Shown here piece by piece: positions 14,501 to 31,964 of a stretch of 64,000 bases of DNA. The position numbers and the translations under genes are program-made. How positions within the stretch are numbered: the stretch's first letter is position 1; each line of letters opens with the position of its first letter. The stretch lies in assembly GCF_009914755.1 (NCBI RefSeq), contig NC_060946.1; one strand, written 5' to 3'. The notes below the pieces were generated by a model. That model made no database searches. It had not been told where the DNA came from and worked only from the letters and a program-made list of their open reading frames with translations. The stretch is from the human T2T-CHM13v2.0 reference genome, Homo sapiens.

Positions 14501-15991
14501 TGGCTGGACCAGCTCCATCCCTGTCGCCCCCTCCCCCCGGCCCTGTCCTGTCCTGTCCCATCCCCGTGGTTCTTCCTGTTGCATTGGTGTGGTCCCTGTG
14601 GGCTCGTTGCCTGTCACTCCTTTGCGCTCCTTCTTGGTCGCTGCTTCTTCCCCGGCTCTGTGGTCCCCCTTTCCAACTCCATCCCCTCAGCTCCCTCTGG
14701 GCCGCTTATCTGGGGACTGCAGGCTTGTTGCTTACTGTCCGAGGTAGTTAAACTGCTGTTTTCAGTGCTTGTTCTTCTTGAAGTCCCTAAGTCTAGTCAC
14801 CTTCTTAGGCTCTTCTTCTATTTTGTGCCCAGGCAGGATTTTTGACCCACTCAATAATCTTTTTGGTGCCACGTGTGTCACCTGAGCTGCTTTTCTCAAC
14901 TTGCAGATCTACTGGTGGCACTTTATTAAAAAATTGAAATGGGATTCATTTAAAAAGGCACTTGAATGGATGATTCCAGACAGGAATTTGTTGTTAAATT
15001 ATCAAAGGAGGGCCCGATTGAATTGGCGAGGGGTTTGGTGAGGTCCATACCAAGTTGCAATTTTCTCTCAGATGATTTATAATTAAGGAACTAGTAAAAT
15101 TTTTTGCTAGTTCATATCATTAGCACTTCCCCAGAAAAAATAGTTCTTCAGGTTAGTAGTGAGTTTTAAATAGTGTATTAAAGCTTCAGTGATGGTTTTT
15201 TTTTTTTTCTCTAGCTCCTTTCCTAATTAACACCATCATGAGTTGTACAGCTAATGTGATTCCTTGATGCTAAATAGCTCTTGGAATTTGATGCTCAAAA
15301 GAGGCATCTTGTTTATGGTGAATTTGAAACCATGCAATTCTATAAAATATTGGAATCTAAACCAAAGTTATTGTCCATTTGAAATCATCAGGCCTTCAAG
15401 CGTTAGGCGCCCAAGATTGCTTAAATGTTACCTAATGCTAAGTGATCATCACATGATTTTTTTTACAAGTCCATCTATGAGCCCTATGATACAGAAAATA
15501 CCAGTCCCCTTGTTATTTTTGAAAAGCTAAATTGTGCAAATGAAGACATGCTTGCTAGATATTTTGGGCTTGCTTTTCTCCTTAGCCCATGCCTCTTGTT
15601 GGTTTTGCAGGATGTGCTACTCTTTGATAGGCAATGCCAAGTAGTGAAAATGAGGGAAAAGTGCAAACCTTTCTTCAATGTCATGAGTTTAACATCCCTA
15701 TTCCAGAGTGTAGCATATCTGAAGCTAATTGAAAAAAATCAATGCTGCTTAAAATTTCCAGCAAATGGGAAACTTAGAGAACAAGAACTCCTATATCAAA
15801 CCTAAATTTCACCGAAGAAACTGTATATTTCTATAAATGTGGTAGAAAAAGGCTTAATTCCTTTTTCTCTTGCCTTTCCTAGTGTCCCCCACCACCACCA
15901 CCCAAAGTCAGGGAGTCCTAAATATTGTAGGGTTTCTAGATATAAAATTGATGAATCTCAACTCATGGGCAGTTATTTTTGGGGGGTGTAG

Positions 15992-17920
<1,929 letters not shown>

Positions 17921-18802
17921 CTAAAACAGGCCTCACTAAGTATTTTTGTGTACTTTTTTCTTCGTTACTGTCATCCATTGTCGTTCCATTAGGTTATTTG
18001 GGGCAGGCTAACAGGACTTACACGATCCTTCCTGAGAGGTCCCCTTGGTTTCTCTCACTTCAGCCTTGCCCGTGGTCCCTTAGATTCTGTCGTTGAGCTG
18101 TAGTGACCTGGGTTCTGGGGCACCCTGCAGTTGCCCCTGTGGAGGCTGACCCGTCACACTGTGTTGGGACTGTCTGTGTCCTCTCCTAACAACCCCTCTG
18201 GACATGGGCTCCTTGAAGGCAGGGGATGAGTGGGGTTCACTGTGTATTCTGAGGGTCAGATTCAGTGTCTGGCTCAGGGTAAGGATGCAGCATCTATCTT
18301 TTGAATGAGCGAATGGGTGAATAAACAGATGGATTGTCTTTTCCTTTTCTTCCCAATGAGTCTATGTATTTAATAGCCTGTATTAGACATAGCTAATATA
18401 CCAAGTATTTGACTCTTTAGAGAGAGCTGTGGCAAAGATTTGGTTCTTCAAATGGCGTGAGATCAGAAATTCTTGAATTCATTTGAATGTGCAAAAATAT
18501 TGTATAGGTTATAACATCATATTTCAACCCCAAATTTGGACAGATTTGGCACTATAGCTTTTATAAACTATGAAAAATAGTTTTCTCTAAACAATGCTAC
18601 GGCAGCTTATGTGAGAAAAATACTAGAGAAAAGCTAATGATTTATTAATGAGTAAGGAAATATGCAAATATGAAACTAGAATCGACTGGGGGCAGCAGTA
18701 GGGAGGTGGGAGTAAATGCCTAAAATCTTTGGGAGTACTTTTTCTGGAAGACTTTGATTTGTTTTGAAAAGTGGCTTTGAAAGCTCTGCTTTAGCCATGT
18801 GG

Positions 18803-19400
18803 TAGTTCCCCCATATCTGTAGTTTTGCTTTCAGCAGTTTCAGTTGTCCGGAGTCAATCGAGGCCTGAAAATATTACATGGAAAATTCCAGAAATAGATA
18901 ATTGCTAAGTTTTAACTTGCATGCCATTTTGACTAGGAAGATGAAATCTTGCACCATTCTGTCTGGAACGTGATTCCTTTGTTCAAGGAATCCTCAGTGT
19001 AGATGCTACTGCCCTGTGGGTCCCTTAGTACCTGGCTTAGGTATCAGATCCTTTGTAACCCTTATTTTATTGAATGATGGCCCCAAAGTGCTTGAGTAAC
19101 AATGCTGGCAGTTCAGATATGCCAAAGGGAAGCTGCAAAGCACTGCCTCAGTGAAAAGGTGAACATTCTCAATGTAAGAGAACAGAATAAATCATATGCG
19201 GCGGTTTCTAAGAAGTAAGAATGAATCTTCTATCCATGAAATTGTGAAGAGTATATTGTTATAATTGTTCTATTTTATTAGCAGTTATTGATTCCTTACT
19301 GTGCCTAACTGATAAATTTAACTTTATCATAGATGTGTATGTATAGGAAAAAATGGTGGATATAGGATTCAGTACTATTTGCAGGTGCAGGCATCTACTG
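18803..19400. mobile_element. MER44/Tigger7-type DNA transposon relic
   Basis: cccccatatctgtagttttgctttc...ctgaaaatattacatggaaaattccagaaata...ggattcagtactatttgcagg. Confidence 0.7.
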
Positions 19401-20894
19401 GCCTTGTATTTCTTTTTTTAGTCAAGATGATTTGAAAAACTTAGATACAGGAAAACCCTGTGCCCGGTCACTTGAATGGAAAGGCCATCTTTATTAATGA
19501 AAACATGGCTTAAGCTGTTGTAACCAAGAGACCCCAAAATGAGATGGCCCCCAAGCCCAGGCCACACCACAGACCAATTACATCAGACTCCCTGAAGAGG
19601 CCCAGGCACCAAGCTTTTTAGAATTCTTCCCAGGTAATCCTAAAGTCTAGGTAAAGTGGAGAACCACTGGCCTGGAGTTATTCAGAACTGACTAGGGAGG
19701 GGACTGGGTTTTGCAGCCCACAGCTTTCCCTCATCCTGGGCTTGTAGAACAGCTCTGCCTGCCTCGCTATAGGGCCTTCACCTCTCGGCCAAGCCTCGTG
19801 TTATGGGTGTTTCCCAGGAGGAAGTGGAGTGCACAAGTTCCTTTTAAGGAAGTGAAGTGGAAGTAGCATGTTTCACTCACATTCCATTGGTGGGTGCTAG
19901 GACCTGTGACTATGTAACCGCAATAGAGGTTGGGAAATGTGATGTGAATCTGGTTGGCCATCTGCCCTGCTCATTTTTGAGGTGGGAAGGTTTCTGTTAC
20001 TGATAGGTAGAAGAGTGTAATGGTTACCGTGCTATCCATTAATTAAAACTACTTATTATCAATTACCAATTATCAATTCTAAAGCTGAACAGAGTTCAAC
20101 TGACCTCATATATATAATTATGTCATGTGAGATAATTATACACATACATACACAGGCAAGCTATGAGCTAGATGCAAAGACTTGGGAGAGGCTTTAGTTT
20201 ATATATAAGCTTAGTAAGTTTTACATTTACTAAGCTTTTAGTTTATATTAATCATAAAGTTGTTGCTCTTTGTTCCACTGTCATTTATGAGTTGTTTAGG
20301 AGTGGAAACACTGCTGTGGGTGACTTTCATTTGTTTGGGCTCCCTTGGTGCAAACTTAGAGGCAGAAAAGCGTTTTCAGCCAAAACGTATTCCAGTGATG
20401 TCAGTTGCAATCCTGAGTCATCACATAAAGGTTATAGCAACTTCAAGGGTGTAGAATCTGAAAAAAGTTAAGGTTAAATAGGAATATCATTTCTGGTAGG
20501 GCATGACATTTTCTAGAGCCCCCTTTTAATTATCTTGCTATATACACTCTTACTTGTAGAAACCATTCTTGAAGGGTTGGGGAAGGCTTCATGGTGTTGG
20601 TGGGTACAGATTTAGTATAAATGAATTAGTCTTACTCATCTTTCTATATTCTTGTGGCCAGAATACTTCCAGACCCATAACAGATCCTTAGCAAATATTA
20701 ACTGACATGAATATGCTTATATCATCGTGTAGTTTATTTAGAAAAATGATACTCTTTCACTCCTTTGTGGACATTTCACAGTGACATGTTGAGTCCTTTG
20801 GTATGCAACAGTGTTGAAGGTGGGGGATTGAGTACTAGAATGATTGCTGATGTCTCTTCAAGGGTGGTGGGAGACACAGGGACTTCTATCATTA

Positions 20895-21158
20895 ACAGTT
20901 AGAAAGAGTGAATAAGACCTGCTGTGCAATAACACAACAGGGTGACTATAGTCAATAATAACTTAATTGTACATTTTAAAATAAAGAGTATAATTGGATA
21001 ATTTGTAACTCAGAGGAGAAATGCTGGAGCGGTTGGATACTCCATTCTTCATGATGTGCTTATTTCACATTGCATGTCTATATCAAAACATTTCATGTCC
21101 CCGTAAATATATCTACCTACTGTGTACCCACAAATGTTAAAAGATAAATTAAAAAAAA
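20895..21158 (+). mobile_element. L1MA 3' end
   Basis: acaacagggtgactatagtcaataataacttaattgtacatttt...tactgtgtacccacaaa plus A-rich tail. Confidence 0.8.
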
Positions 21159-21459
21159 TCATGACAGTCCATTGTGGGAAATGATACAGCAGTGATGTAC
21201 AGCAAGCAGTAGGAACAGAGGTGGGAGGGCTGCATAGTCTTGGTGACCTCTGAACTGGGTCATGGAGGATGAGTAGGAGATTTTCATGTGAAAAGGAAAG
21301 GGCATTAGAGGGAATGGTATTTACAGAGTGATGGAGCTGTGGAAGAGCCTGTCTTTTTCATGAAAAATGAAAAAATCAAGTGTGGCTGCAGTGTGAGAAA
21401 GACAACAGCAAGACCTGGTTGAGGCAGCCTCCTTGAAAATGCTCCCTGCAGTACACTAA

Positions 21460-21808
<349 letters not shown>

Positions 21809-22033
21809 AGGCCCTTGCAGTCTTTTAAATGAGATGATTACGTGGTCCGATTTATATTTTAGAAAAATTACTCTTGGAAACAAGGAGGCTGCAACTCCCC
21901 AGCATGAGGCTCCCTGACCCCAGTCTCTGTCCTCTAATAATACCACAGCCATAGAACATAGTCTTTTCTGTATTATTCCTAATTTAAAGGATTTTGGTGA
22001 AAAGGCAAATGGATTCTGAAATGATTCTTATAA

Positions 22034-22710
<677 letters not shown>

Positions 22711-23374
22711 TTTGTTGTAACTAATTTAAAGGGATAGTTTTGAGTATAAAGGTTCAGTCTCTTTGATTAGGTAAACCGAAGACCCCATAAATTTATCCTT
22801 CAGCTGGTGTCTGTTTGGGGATGACTGTGTTTGTGGGCCAGTGAAATTCAAGTATATTTAATGTCACCTTAATATCTAGTTATATTGCCAAAAAAAGGCA
22901 TTAAACACAAGGTGGATTATTAAAATATTCTAGGAAAAGCACAAAATAAATTTGTAGTTAGCTTAATTGGGTTGTGACCTGAACGTAGATTGTCCTGTGC
23001 TGAATTGTTTAATACTACGCAAATTATATGAGACTTTCCTGTAAAAGACATAAGAAACTGAGGAAACTCAAAGAGTTGACATTAAACTATTTAAGATTCT
23101 TTTACAGACTACATCAGAATCCTGGTGGAGTTTGGTGGTTTTAAATCTAGTGGTCAAGTTTTTATTGTGACTTTGGATAACAGAGCTCTATTCTGTGTGC
23201 TTGAGTGGTTTGTGGAAAATACTTAGTAACTACATATAAGAAAAGTAGTTTCATTTTGGAGGAACAGAATCTTGATATGATTGTGTGGTCATTAAAAAGA
23301 ATCTTTCGGTTTTCTTGATGGTCAGTAATGGTAACAATTCTCATTTGTGTGCTGCTTATAGTTTATTTAAAAAA

Positions 23375-23660
23375 TTTTTTTTTGTTTTTTGAGACAAGGT
23401 CTGTTGCCCAGGCTGGAGTGCAGTGGTGAGATCATAGCTCACTGCAGCCTCAAACCCCTGGGCTCAAGTAATTCTCCTACCTCAGCCTCCTGAGTAACTG
23501 AGACTACAGGTTCATGCCACCATCTTGGCTAGCTTTTTAATTTGTTTTTGTAGAGAGGGGTTCTCACTATGTTGCCCAGGCAGTTCTTGAACTCCTGGCC
23601 TGAAGTGATGCTTCTTCCTCAGCCTCCCGAAGAGCTGAGATTATAGAGCCAGCAAGCCCA
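23375..23660 (-). mobile_element. AluJ
   Basis: diverged Alu consensus. Confidence 0.85.
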
Positions 23661-24301
23661 CTCGCTGCTTATAGTTTAGAAAGCACTCTCTTACAAACTT
23701 GTTCAATCTTTATGACTACCTTATTATGTGCTACTAGTTTTTCTAGGCAATATGTTACCTATTAAAATATTTGCTTAAATGCATTTTATTTTGGACATTA
23801 GAATAAAACCTCAGATAGAATATGTAGGCTCTTAATAACATGAGGTTATCTAGCTATGTCCTAAAGATTGTAGTTTCTTTACTAGTAAGGTGTTGATGTA
23901 CAACCTAGCCCACCTATTCTTGGCCTTTAGGGAGCAGATATCTGGTGGCTGGTCTTTCAACCACTCTCATAGGAGAAAAAAATTAAAATTATAATACAAT
24001 ATTTATTATACTTACCATGCATTTATGTAGCAGGACCCCAGTAGGCCATGACAGGTAGGGTTGGTATATTTCCAGCCATTTGGTATTAACACAAGTCATT
24101 ATGCCTCCAAGCAGTATACAGTGTATGATATACATAACTCTTATTTTGGTGAGGAGGTGTGTAAAAGTAATAACCCTGGACTCTGGAGGCCAGAATTTGA
24201 TGCTTTAAAACTTTGTATAATGAAAAGTTTAAACATGCACAGGAGAGAATAGGAGTATGAAACTGATACAGCCATCACTCGGCTTTCTCAGTTATTAATA
24301 C

Positions 24302-24665
24302 TGTATTAGTCTGTTCTCATGCTGCTAATAAAGACATACCTGAGACTGGATAATTTATAAAGGAAAGAGGTTTGATGGACTCACAGTTCCACACACCTGG
24401 GGAGGCCTCACAATCATGGTGGAAGGTGAAGGAGGAGCAAAGTCATGTCTTACGTGGCAGCAGACAAGAGAGCATGTGCAGGGGAACTCCCCTTTATAAA
24501 ACCATCAGATCTCGTGAGACTTATTAACTTTCATGAAAACAGCATGGGAAAGATCGGGCTCCATGATTCAATGACTTCCCACTGGGTCCCTCCCACAACA
24601 CATGGGAATTATGGGAACTACAATTCAAGATGAGATTTGGATGGGGACACAGCCAAACCATATCA
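24302..24665 (-). mobile_element. THE1B-type solo LTR
   Basis: tgtattagtctgttctcatgctgct...cagccaaaccatatca; TSD AATAC 24297-24301 and 24666-24670. Confidence 0.92.
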
Positions 24666-24734
24666 AATACATAGCTAATTTTGTTTCCTCTATACCTCCT
24701 ATTTTCTTTAGATTATTTTGAAGCAAGTCTAGAG

Positions 24735-24737
<3 letters not shown>

Positions 24738-24770
<33 letters not shown>
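24738..24770. repeat. (TA)n microsatellite
   Basis: pure TA run. Confidence 0.95.
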
Positions 24771-24775
<5 letters not shown>

Positions 24776-25260
24776 TCATCTGTGAGTATTTCTATATGCA
24801 GTCCTGAAAGATAAAAACTCTTTCAGAATACAAAAGTGAAAGTGGAATACAATGCCACTGCGAAAAAAATGCTCCCTTAATATTATCCAGTAGTCAATGC
24901 ACATTCTCATTTCTCTATTTTTTTAAAAGAATACTTTTTTTCTTGAATTGAGTTTTTAAATAAGGTCCATACATTATGCCTGGTTGTTATTTCTTTTGAG
25001 TCTTTTTTGACCTTATACATTCCTCCACTATCATTATTTTCTCTTGAGATTTTTTGTTAAAGATATCAGGTCGTTTTATTGTGTAGTTTCCTACACTCGG
25101 GGTTTTGCTTACTGCAAATGGTGTAATTAAAACAAACAAACAAATAGCTTACTGAGATGTAATTAACCTAAGATAAACAACATATTTCAAGTGCACAGTT
25201 TGGTGAGTTTATCTACATTGGCAAAACCATTACCAAAATTCAGATAATGAACGTCTCAAT

Positions 25261-25996
25261 TGTCTTACCAGCTGGGCGTTCTACAATTCAATTTGATTTT
25301 GACACCACCTTAAGTTAGCAGAGATCCCCTCCCCGCTGCTAGGTTAAGGGCTCATTCCCACAAGACTGCCCCAATTCAGATGCCAGCTAGGAATGGGGTT
25401 CCCAGTCTCCCATACTTCTGCCTGGCTGACCACAAATTCACGGGCTCCCATGACCATCCTCTCCGGTGTGCTGTGTCACTAGAATGACTCACAGAACTCA
25501 GGAAAATGCTATCCTTATGATTAGTTTTTTTATGAAAGATGCAACTCAGGAATCGCAAAATGGAGGAGGTACATGGTGCAGGGTCTTGCAGGGAGGGGTA
25601 GAGAGCAGAGCTTCTGTGCCCTCTCTGAGTGCGCCACCTTCCCATCTCATGATGTGTTCACCTGAAAGCTCTCCAAACTCTTCAAGAGTTTTTAAGTTAG
25701 GCTTGATTGCAGAAAGCTTTGGGTGTTGGTGACAGAACTCAATCCCCAGCCTCCCTGAGGTCAGGGGATAAGGGTGAAAGTCTTAACCCTCTAGTCACAC
25801 TTTTGCTTCCTCTGGCAACAAGCCCCCATATTGAGCTATCTAGAAGCCCACCAAGAGTCAGCTCATTAGCATATACTCAGGTATGGTTGAAAAAGGCTCC
25901 TTAGGAATAAAAGACACTCCTATCAGGAAATTTCAAGCGTTTTTGGAGCTCTGTGTCAGGAACCAGAGACAAAAACTATATTTTTTGTTATACCAC
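25261..25996. mobile_element. MER21-type LTR
   Basis: ggttaagggctcattcccacaagactgcccc...cagatgcca...gctctgtgtcaggaaccagagacaaa. Confidence 0.7.
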
Positions 25997-26023
25997 GTGC
26001 ACCATCCTTAAAAATTTGCTCCT

Positions 26024-26427
<404 letters not shown>

Positions 26428-26439
26428 TTAAATCAGCAC

Positions 26440-27292
26440 AGTTATTCTGAGATCCATCTGTGTTTTTAAATGTATTCATAGTTCATTCCTTTTATTGCTG
26501 AGTACTGTTTAATTATAGTGATACCCATATTTACTTATCCGTTCACCCATTGTGGCTATTGTGTTTCTTCCAGCTTTTGACCATCACAGATAAAGCTGCT
26601 GAGAATATCCATGTATAAATATTTGTATGGATATATGCTTTCATTTCTCTCAGGTAAATACCTAAAAATGGAATGGATTTATCATATAGTAGGTGTAGTT
26701 TAACTTTGCTTTCTAAGAAGCTGCCAAAATGTTTTCCAAAGTGTGTGCTTCATTTGACATTCCCACTAGCAGTGTGTGAGAATTCCAGTTACTCCATATC
26801 CCTCCCAACATTTAGTATGGTCTTTGGTAATTATAGCCACTCTAATAGGTATGTAGTGGAATCTTCTTGTGATTTTAATTTGCCATTTCCTAATGACTAA
26901 TGACGTTAAACAACTTTTCATATGCTTATTTGCCACCCACATATCTTCTTTGAAGTGTCTGTTCAAATCATTTGCCCAATTTTTATCAGGTTATTTTCTT
27001 ATTCTTGAGCTTGAAAGGGTCTTTATTTATGCTGGGTACAGATCTTCAGTTAGACAGATGGTTTGCCAGTGTTTTCTCTCGGCATGTGGCTTGTCTTTTC
27101 ATCCTCTTAAGTGTCTTCTCAGGAGCAGCAGTTTTTAATTTTGATGAAATTTAATTTATCTGTTTTTCTCTTATTCATGTTTTTGCTCTCATATCTAAAG
27201 TCTTTGCTTGAACTAGTTATAAAGTTTTTTTATATTTTCTTTGAGAACTTTTATAGTTTTAGGCTTTATATTTAGATCTGTGGTCCATCTTG
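26440..27292 (-). mobile_element. Old L1M fragment hosting the younger L1
   Basis: antisense ORF2 C-terminal similarity (minus ORF 26766-26966: MNRHFKEDMWVANKHMKSC...). Confidence 0.85.
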
Positions 27293-27302
27293 AATTACTT
27301 TT

Positions 27303-29744
27303 TAGAAACAATAATTGCAGCTTTAATTTTAGATTTAAGGGGTACAACATGTGCAGGTTTGTTATGTGGGTGTATTGTGTGATGATGAGGTTTGGGGTAT
27401 GACTGATCCCATTGCCTAGTTAGTGAGCACAGTATCCAGTAGTGTTTCAACCCTTGCTCCCTTCCCTCCCTCCCCCCATTCATTCCTGGTGTCTATTGTT
27501 ACCATCTTTATGTCCATGAGTACCCAGTGTTTAGCTCCCACTTATAAATAAGAACATGTGGCATTTGGTTTTCTTTTCCTGTGTTAATTTGCTCAGGATA
27601 ATCACCTCCAGCTGCATTCATGTTGCTGCAAAGGACACGATTTCATTCTTTTTTATGGCAATATAGTATTCCATGGTGTATATGTACCTTATTTTCTTTA
27701 TCCAATCCACCATTGATGGGCCCCTATGTTTCTTCCTTGTTTTCGTTATTATGAATAGTGCTGTGATGAGCATAAGAGTGGATGTAGTTTTTTTTTTCTT
27801 TTGGTAGAATGATTAATTTTCTTTTGGAAAGAAAATAAGTATATTCAGTAATAGGATTGCTGCGTTGAATGGTAGTTCTTTGTTAAGTTCTTTGGGAAAT
27901 CTCCAAACAGCTTTTCACAGTGGCTGAACTAATTTACATTTCCACCAGCAGTGTGTAGGCGTTCCCTTTTCTCCAAAGCCTTATCAGCATCTGTTTTATT
28001 TTATTTTATTTTTAAAATAATAGCCATTTGCCTGGAGTGAGATGGTATCTCATTGTGGTTTTGATTTATATTTATCTGATGATTAGTGATGTTGAGCATT
28101 TTTTCAAATGTTTGTTGGTCAGTTGTAGGTCTTCTTTTGAGAATTGTCTGTTCATGTCTTTTGCCCATTTTTAATGGAATTATTTGTTTTTTGTTAAGTT
28201 CCTTATAGAATCTGGATATTAGACCTTTGCCAGATGCATAGTTTGTGAATATTTTCTCCCATTTTGTAGCATGTCTGTTTACTCTGTTGGTAGTTTCTTT
28301 TGCTGTGCAAAAGCACTTAGTTCAATTGGGTCCCACTTGTCAATTTTTGTTTTTGTTGCAGTTGCTTTTGAGGGCTATTTTTGCATTTTTTGAGGACTTT
28401 TTTGTATATGGTAAAAGTTAGGGATCCAGTTTCAATCTTCTGCATATGGCTAGCCAGCTATCCCAGCACCATTTGTTGAACAGGGAGTCCTTTCCCCATT
28501 GCTTATTTTTGTTGACTTTGTCAAAGATCAGATAGCTGAAGCTGCATGTGGCTTTATTTTTGGGTTCTCTCTTCTATTCCACTGGTCTATGTGTCTGTTT
28601 CTGTACCAGCACTATGCTGTTTTGGTTATTGTAGCTTTATAGTATAGTTTGAAGCTGGGTAATACGATCACCTCTAGCTTTGTTCTTTTTGCTTAGGATG
28701 ACTTTGGCTATTTGGGCTCTTTTTTTGTTCCATATTAATTTTAGAATAGTTTTTACCCATCCTGTGAAAAATGACATTAGTAGTTTGATAGCAATAGCAT
28801 TGAATCTGTAGATTGTTTTGGGCAGCATGGCCATTTTTACAATATTGATTCTTCTAATCTATGAGCATGGAATATTCTTCCATTTGTATCATCTATGATT
28901 TTTGTCATCAGTGTTTTGTAGTTCTACTGGTAGAAAAAAGTCAAGGAGGAGGGACTCCTCCCTAACTCATTCTGCAAAGCCAGCATTACCCTGATACCAA
29001 AACCTGGCAAAGACATAGTGAAAAAAGAAAACTACAGGCCAACATCCCTGATGAACACAGAGGCAAAAATTCTCAACAAAATACTAGCAAACCAAATCCA
29101 GCAGCACATGAAAAAGGTTAATTCTCCATGATCAGGTAGGCTTCATTCCTGGGATGCAAGGTTGGTTCAACATATGCAAACCAATAAATGTGATTTACCA
29201 CATAAAAAAATAAAAACAAAACCATACGATCATCTCAATAGATGTGGAAAAACCTCTCAATAAAATCCAGTACCCTTCACGTTAAAAAAAACCCTGAACA
29301 AACTAGGCATTGAAGGGACATACCTCAAAATGATAACAGCTATCTATGACAGACATAAAGACACTATCATACTGAATGAGCAAAAGGTGGAGGCATTCTC
29401 CTTGAGAACTGGAACAGACAAGGATTCTCACTCTCACCACTGTTATTCAACATACTACTGGAGCAATCAGCAAGAGAAAGAGATAAAAGGCATCTAAATA
29501 GGAAAAGAAGGGGTCAAACTGTCTCTCTTTGCTGATGATATGATTCTATACTGAGAAAACCCTAAATACCCTGCCAAAGACTCCTGGAATTGATAAATGA
29601 CTTCAATAAGTTTCAGGATACAAAATCAATGTACAGAAATCAGTGGCATTTCTATATACCAATAACGTTCAAGCTGAGAGCCAAATTAAAATGCAGTCCC
29701 ATTTACAGTAGCTGCACACACACAAAATACTTAGGAATACATCA
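27303..29744 (-). mobile_element. 5'-truncated, 5'-inverted L1P (L1PB/L1PA15-16-like)
   Basis: minus-strand 3'UTR+ORF2 27303-28932, plus-strand RT segment 28933-29743; TSD AATTACTTTT 27293-27302 and 29745-29754. Confidence 0.88.
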
Positions 29745-29768
29745 AATTACTTTTGGTATGTAGCATTA

Positions 29769-30383
<615 letters not shown>

Positions 30384-30734
30384 TTACATGAAGGTATATA
30401 AGAATCCAACCACCTTCTACAGGAAGGGAAGAGTAAAAATCATATCATCGTAGGAATTGTATGGAAAACTGGAAACTTAATGGAATAGGTAGTAAATTGC
30501 TAAATTTGAAGACTGTTTTAGAATGCTTCTGGAACACTTCTTCAAGAGTATTCATGGGGAAAAATGAGAGTCATGGTAGGTGAAAAACTGATCATCATAC
30601 ATGAAATGTTAGATGAATAAAGTAAATGAGGTCTTTTAATTTACTAAAGAAAGATTGCCGTTCTTCAAAAAGAAGTAGTGTGATGTATGAATAGAGTTTG
30701 GACTCAACTGAATATCTCTATCTATGAATAGAGT

Positions 30735-30814
30735 TCGAACTCCTGACCTCAGGTGATCCGCTCACCTTGGCCTCCCAAAGTGCTGGGATTACAGGTGTGA
30801 GGCACCTTGCCTGG
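30735..30814 (-). mobile_element. Abruptly truncated Alu fragment (5' ~80 nt only)
   Basis: tcgaactcctgacctcaggtgatcc...ggattacaggtgtga with no right arm or tail. Confidence 0.85.
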
Positions 30815-31887
30815 TTAACAATATACTTTAAGTATGCATTTAATTATGTATAAATTATGCCTCAATTTGTTTTTAAAAATAAAAAAAAAATCACTTTTGG
30901 GGTTCAGTTACTGAATAATCCATTCTTTCCCCATTTCTCTGACTTGCTACTTCTATTATATGTCAACGCTGAATGTATGTGTGGTTCAGTTTCTGCACTG
31001 TCTTCCATTTCCTTGATTAGTTTGTTTATCCTGTCTTTATTAACTTCATAATAAACACCAGTATCTTTATTCTCTTTCTTCAGAAGTGTTTTGGCTATTA
31101 TTGATCCTGCATTTTTTGTGTAAATTTTAGAAAGAGCTTATTTATTTCTATGTTCTATGAAAAACCCTATTGGAATGTTGATGGAGATTATATTTCATAG
31201 ATAAATTTGGGTAGACTTTGAACTTTACAGTATTAAATTTCTCTGTTTATCACTGTGGTATATCTTCCTATTTAGATCCTCTTTAATGTCTCCCAATACA
31301 ATTTGTAATTTTTCCCATAAAGTTCTTGCACATATTTTGAAAGAATAATTTCAAAGTATTTGATGTTTTTTATTTTATTGCAAGCTAAGTCTTTTAATTA
31401 TGTTCTGTGTTTTATGTTGGAGTATAGAAACATGATTTTTAAAATATTAATATATCCAGGGAACTTTTGCTCTTGTTTTAGAAAGAAGCTCATTTATTGA
31501 ATAGCAGAATTTGTGGTGGGGGGGCACAGGCATGTGTGGTGTGTGTGTGTAGGGTGTGTGCTGTGTGCACGTGTTTGTGTGTGCAGACACATTTGTGAAT
31601 ATTTTGGAGAAGAGATATATGGAGGGTGGGTTTTCAAAGCCCTGAAGTTATTTTCTGCAGTTGAGTTTCTACATGTAAGCTTGGCCCTGTGTCGCAGGAG
31701 GGGATGGTGGCTAAGGCCGTGAAGTTTCCAGCCTTTAGGCTGGTTTGCATTTCATGCAGTCTTGTTAAGAAGGGTCTCTTGTAAAGCTGATATCATGAAG
31801 TCAAGACATCCGTATCTCTTTCATCTTGAGGATGCTTACTCACGATGTAGGCTGTATTGTTAAAAATGTGTCACTTTTCCCTTCCAG

Positions 31888-31964
31888 TATCCGGAGTGTG
31901 ATGCAGAAATATCTTGCAGAGACCAATGAAATAAACTTTGACAAGATTTTCAGTCAGAAAATTG
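31888..31964 (+). pseudogene. GRK3 partial duplicate, exon 2
   Basis: ttttcccttccag|TATCCGG...AAAATTG|gtaagt; 77 nt; (S)[25 protein letters not shown](G) vs GRK3 [27 protein letters not shown]; in frame with exon 1. Confidence 0.93.
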
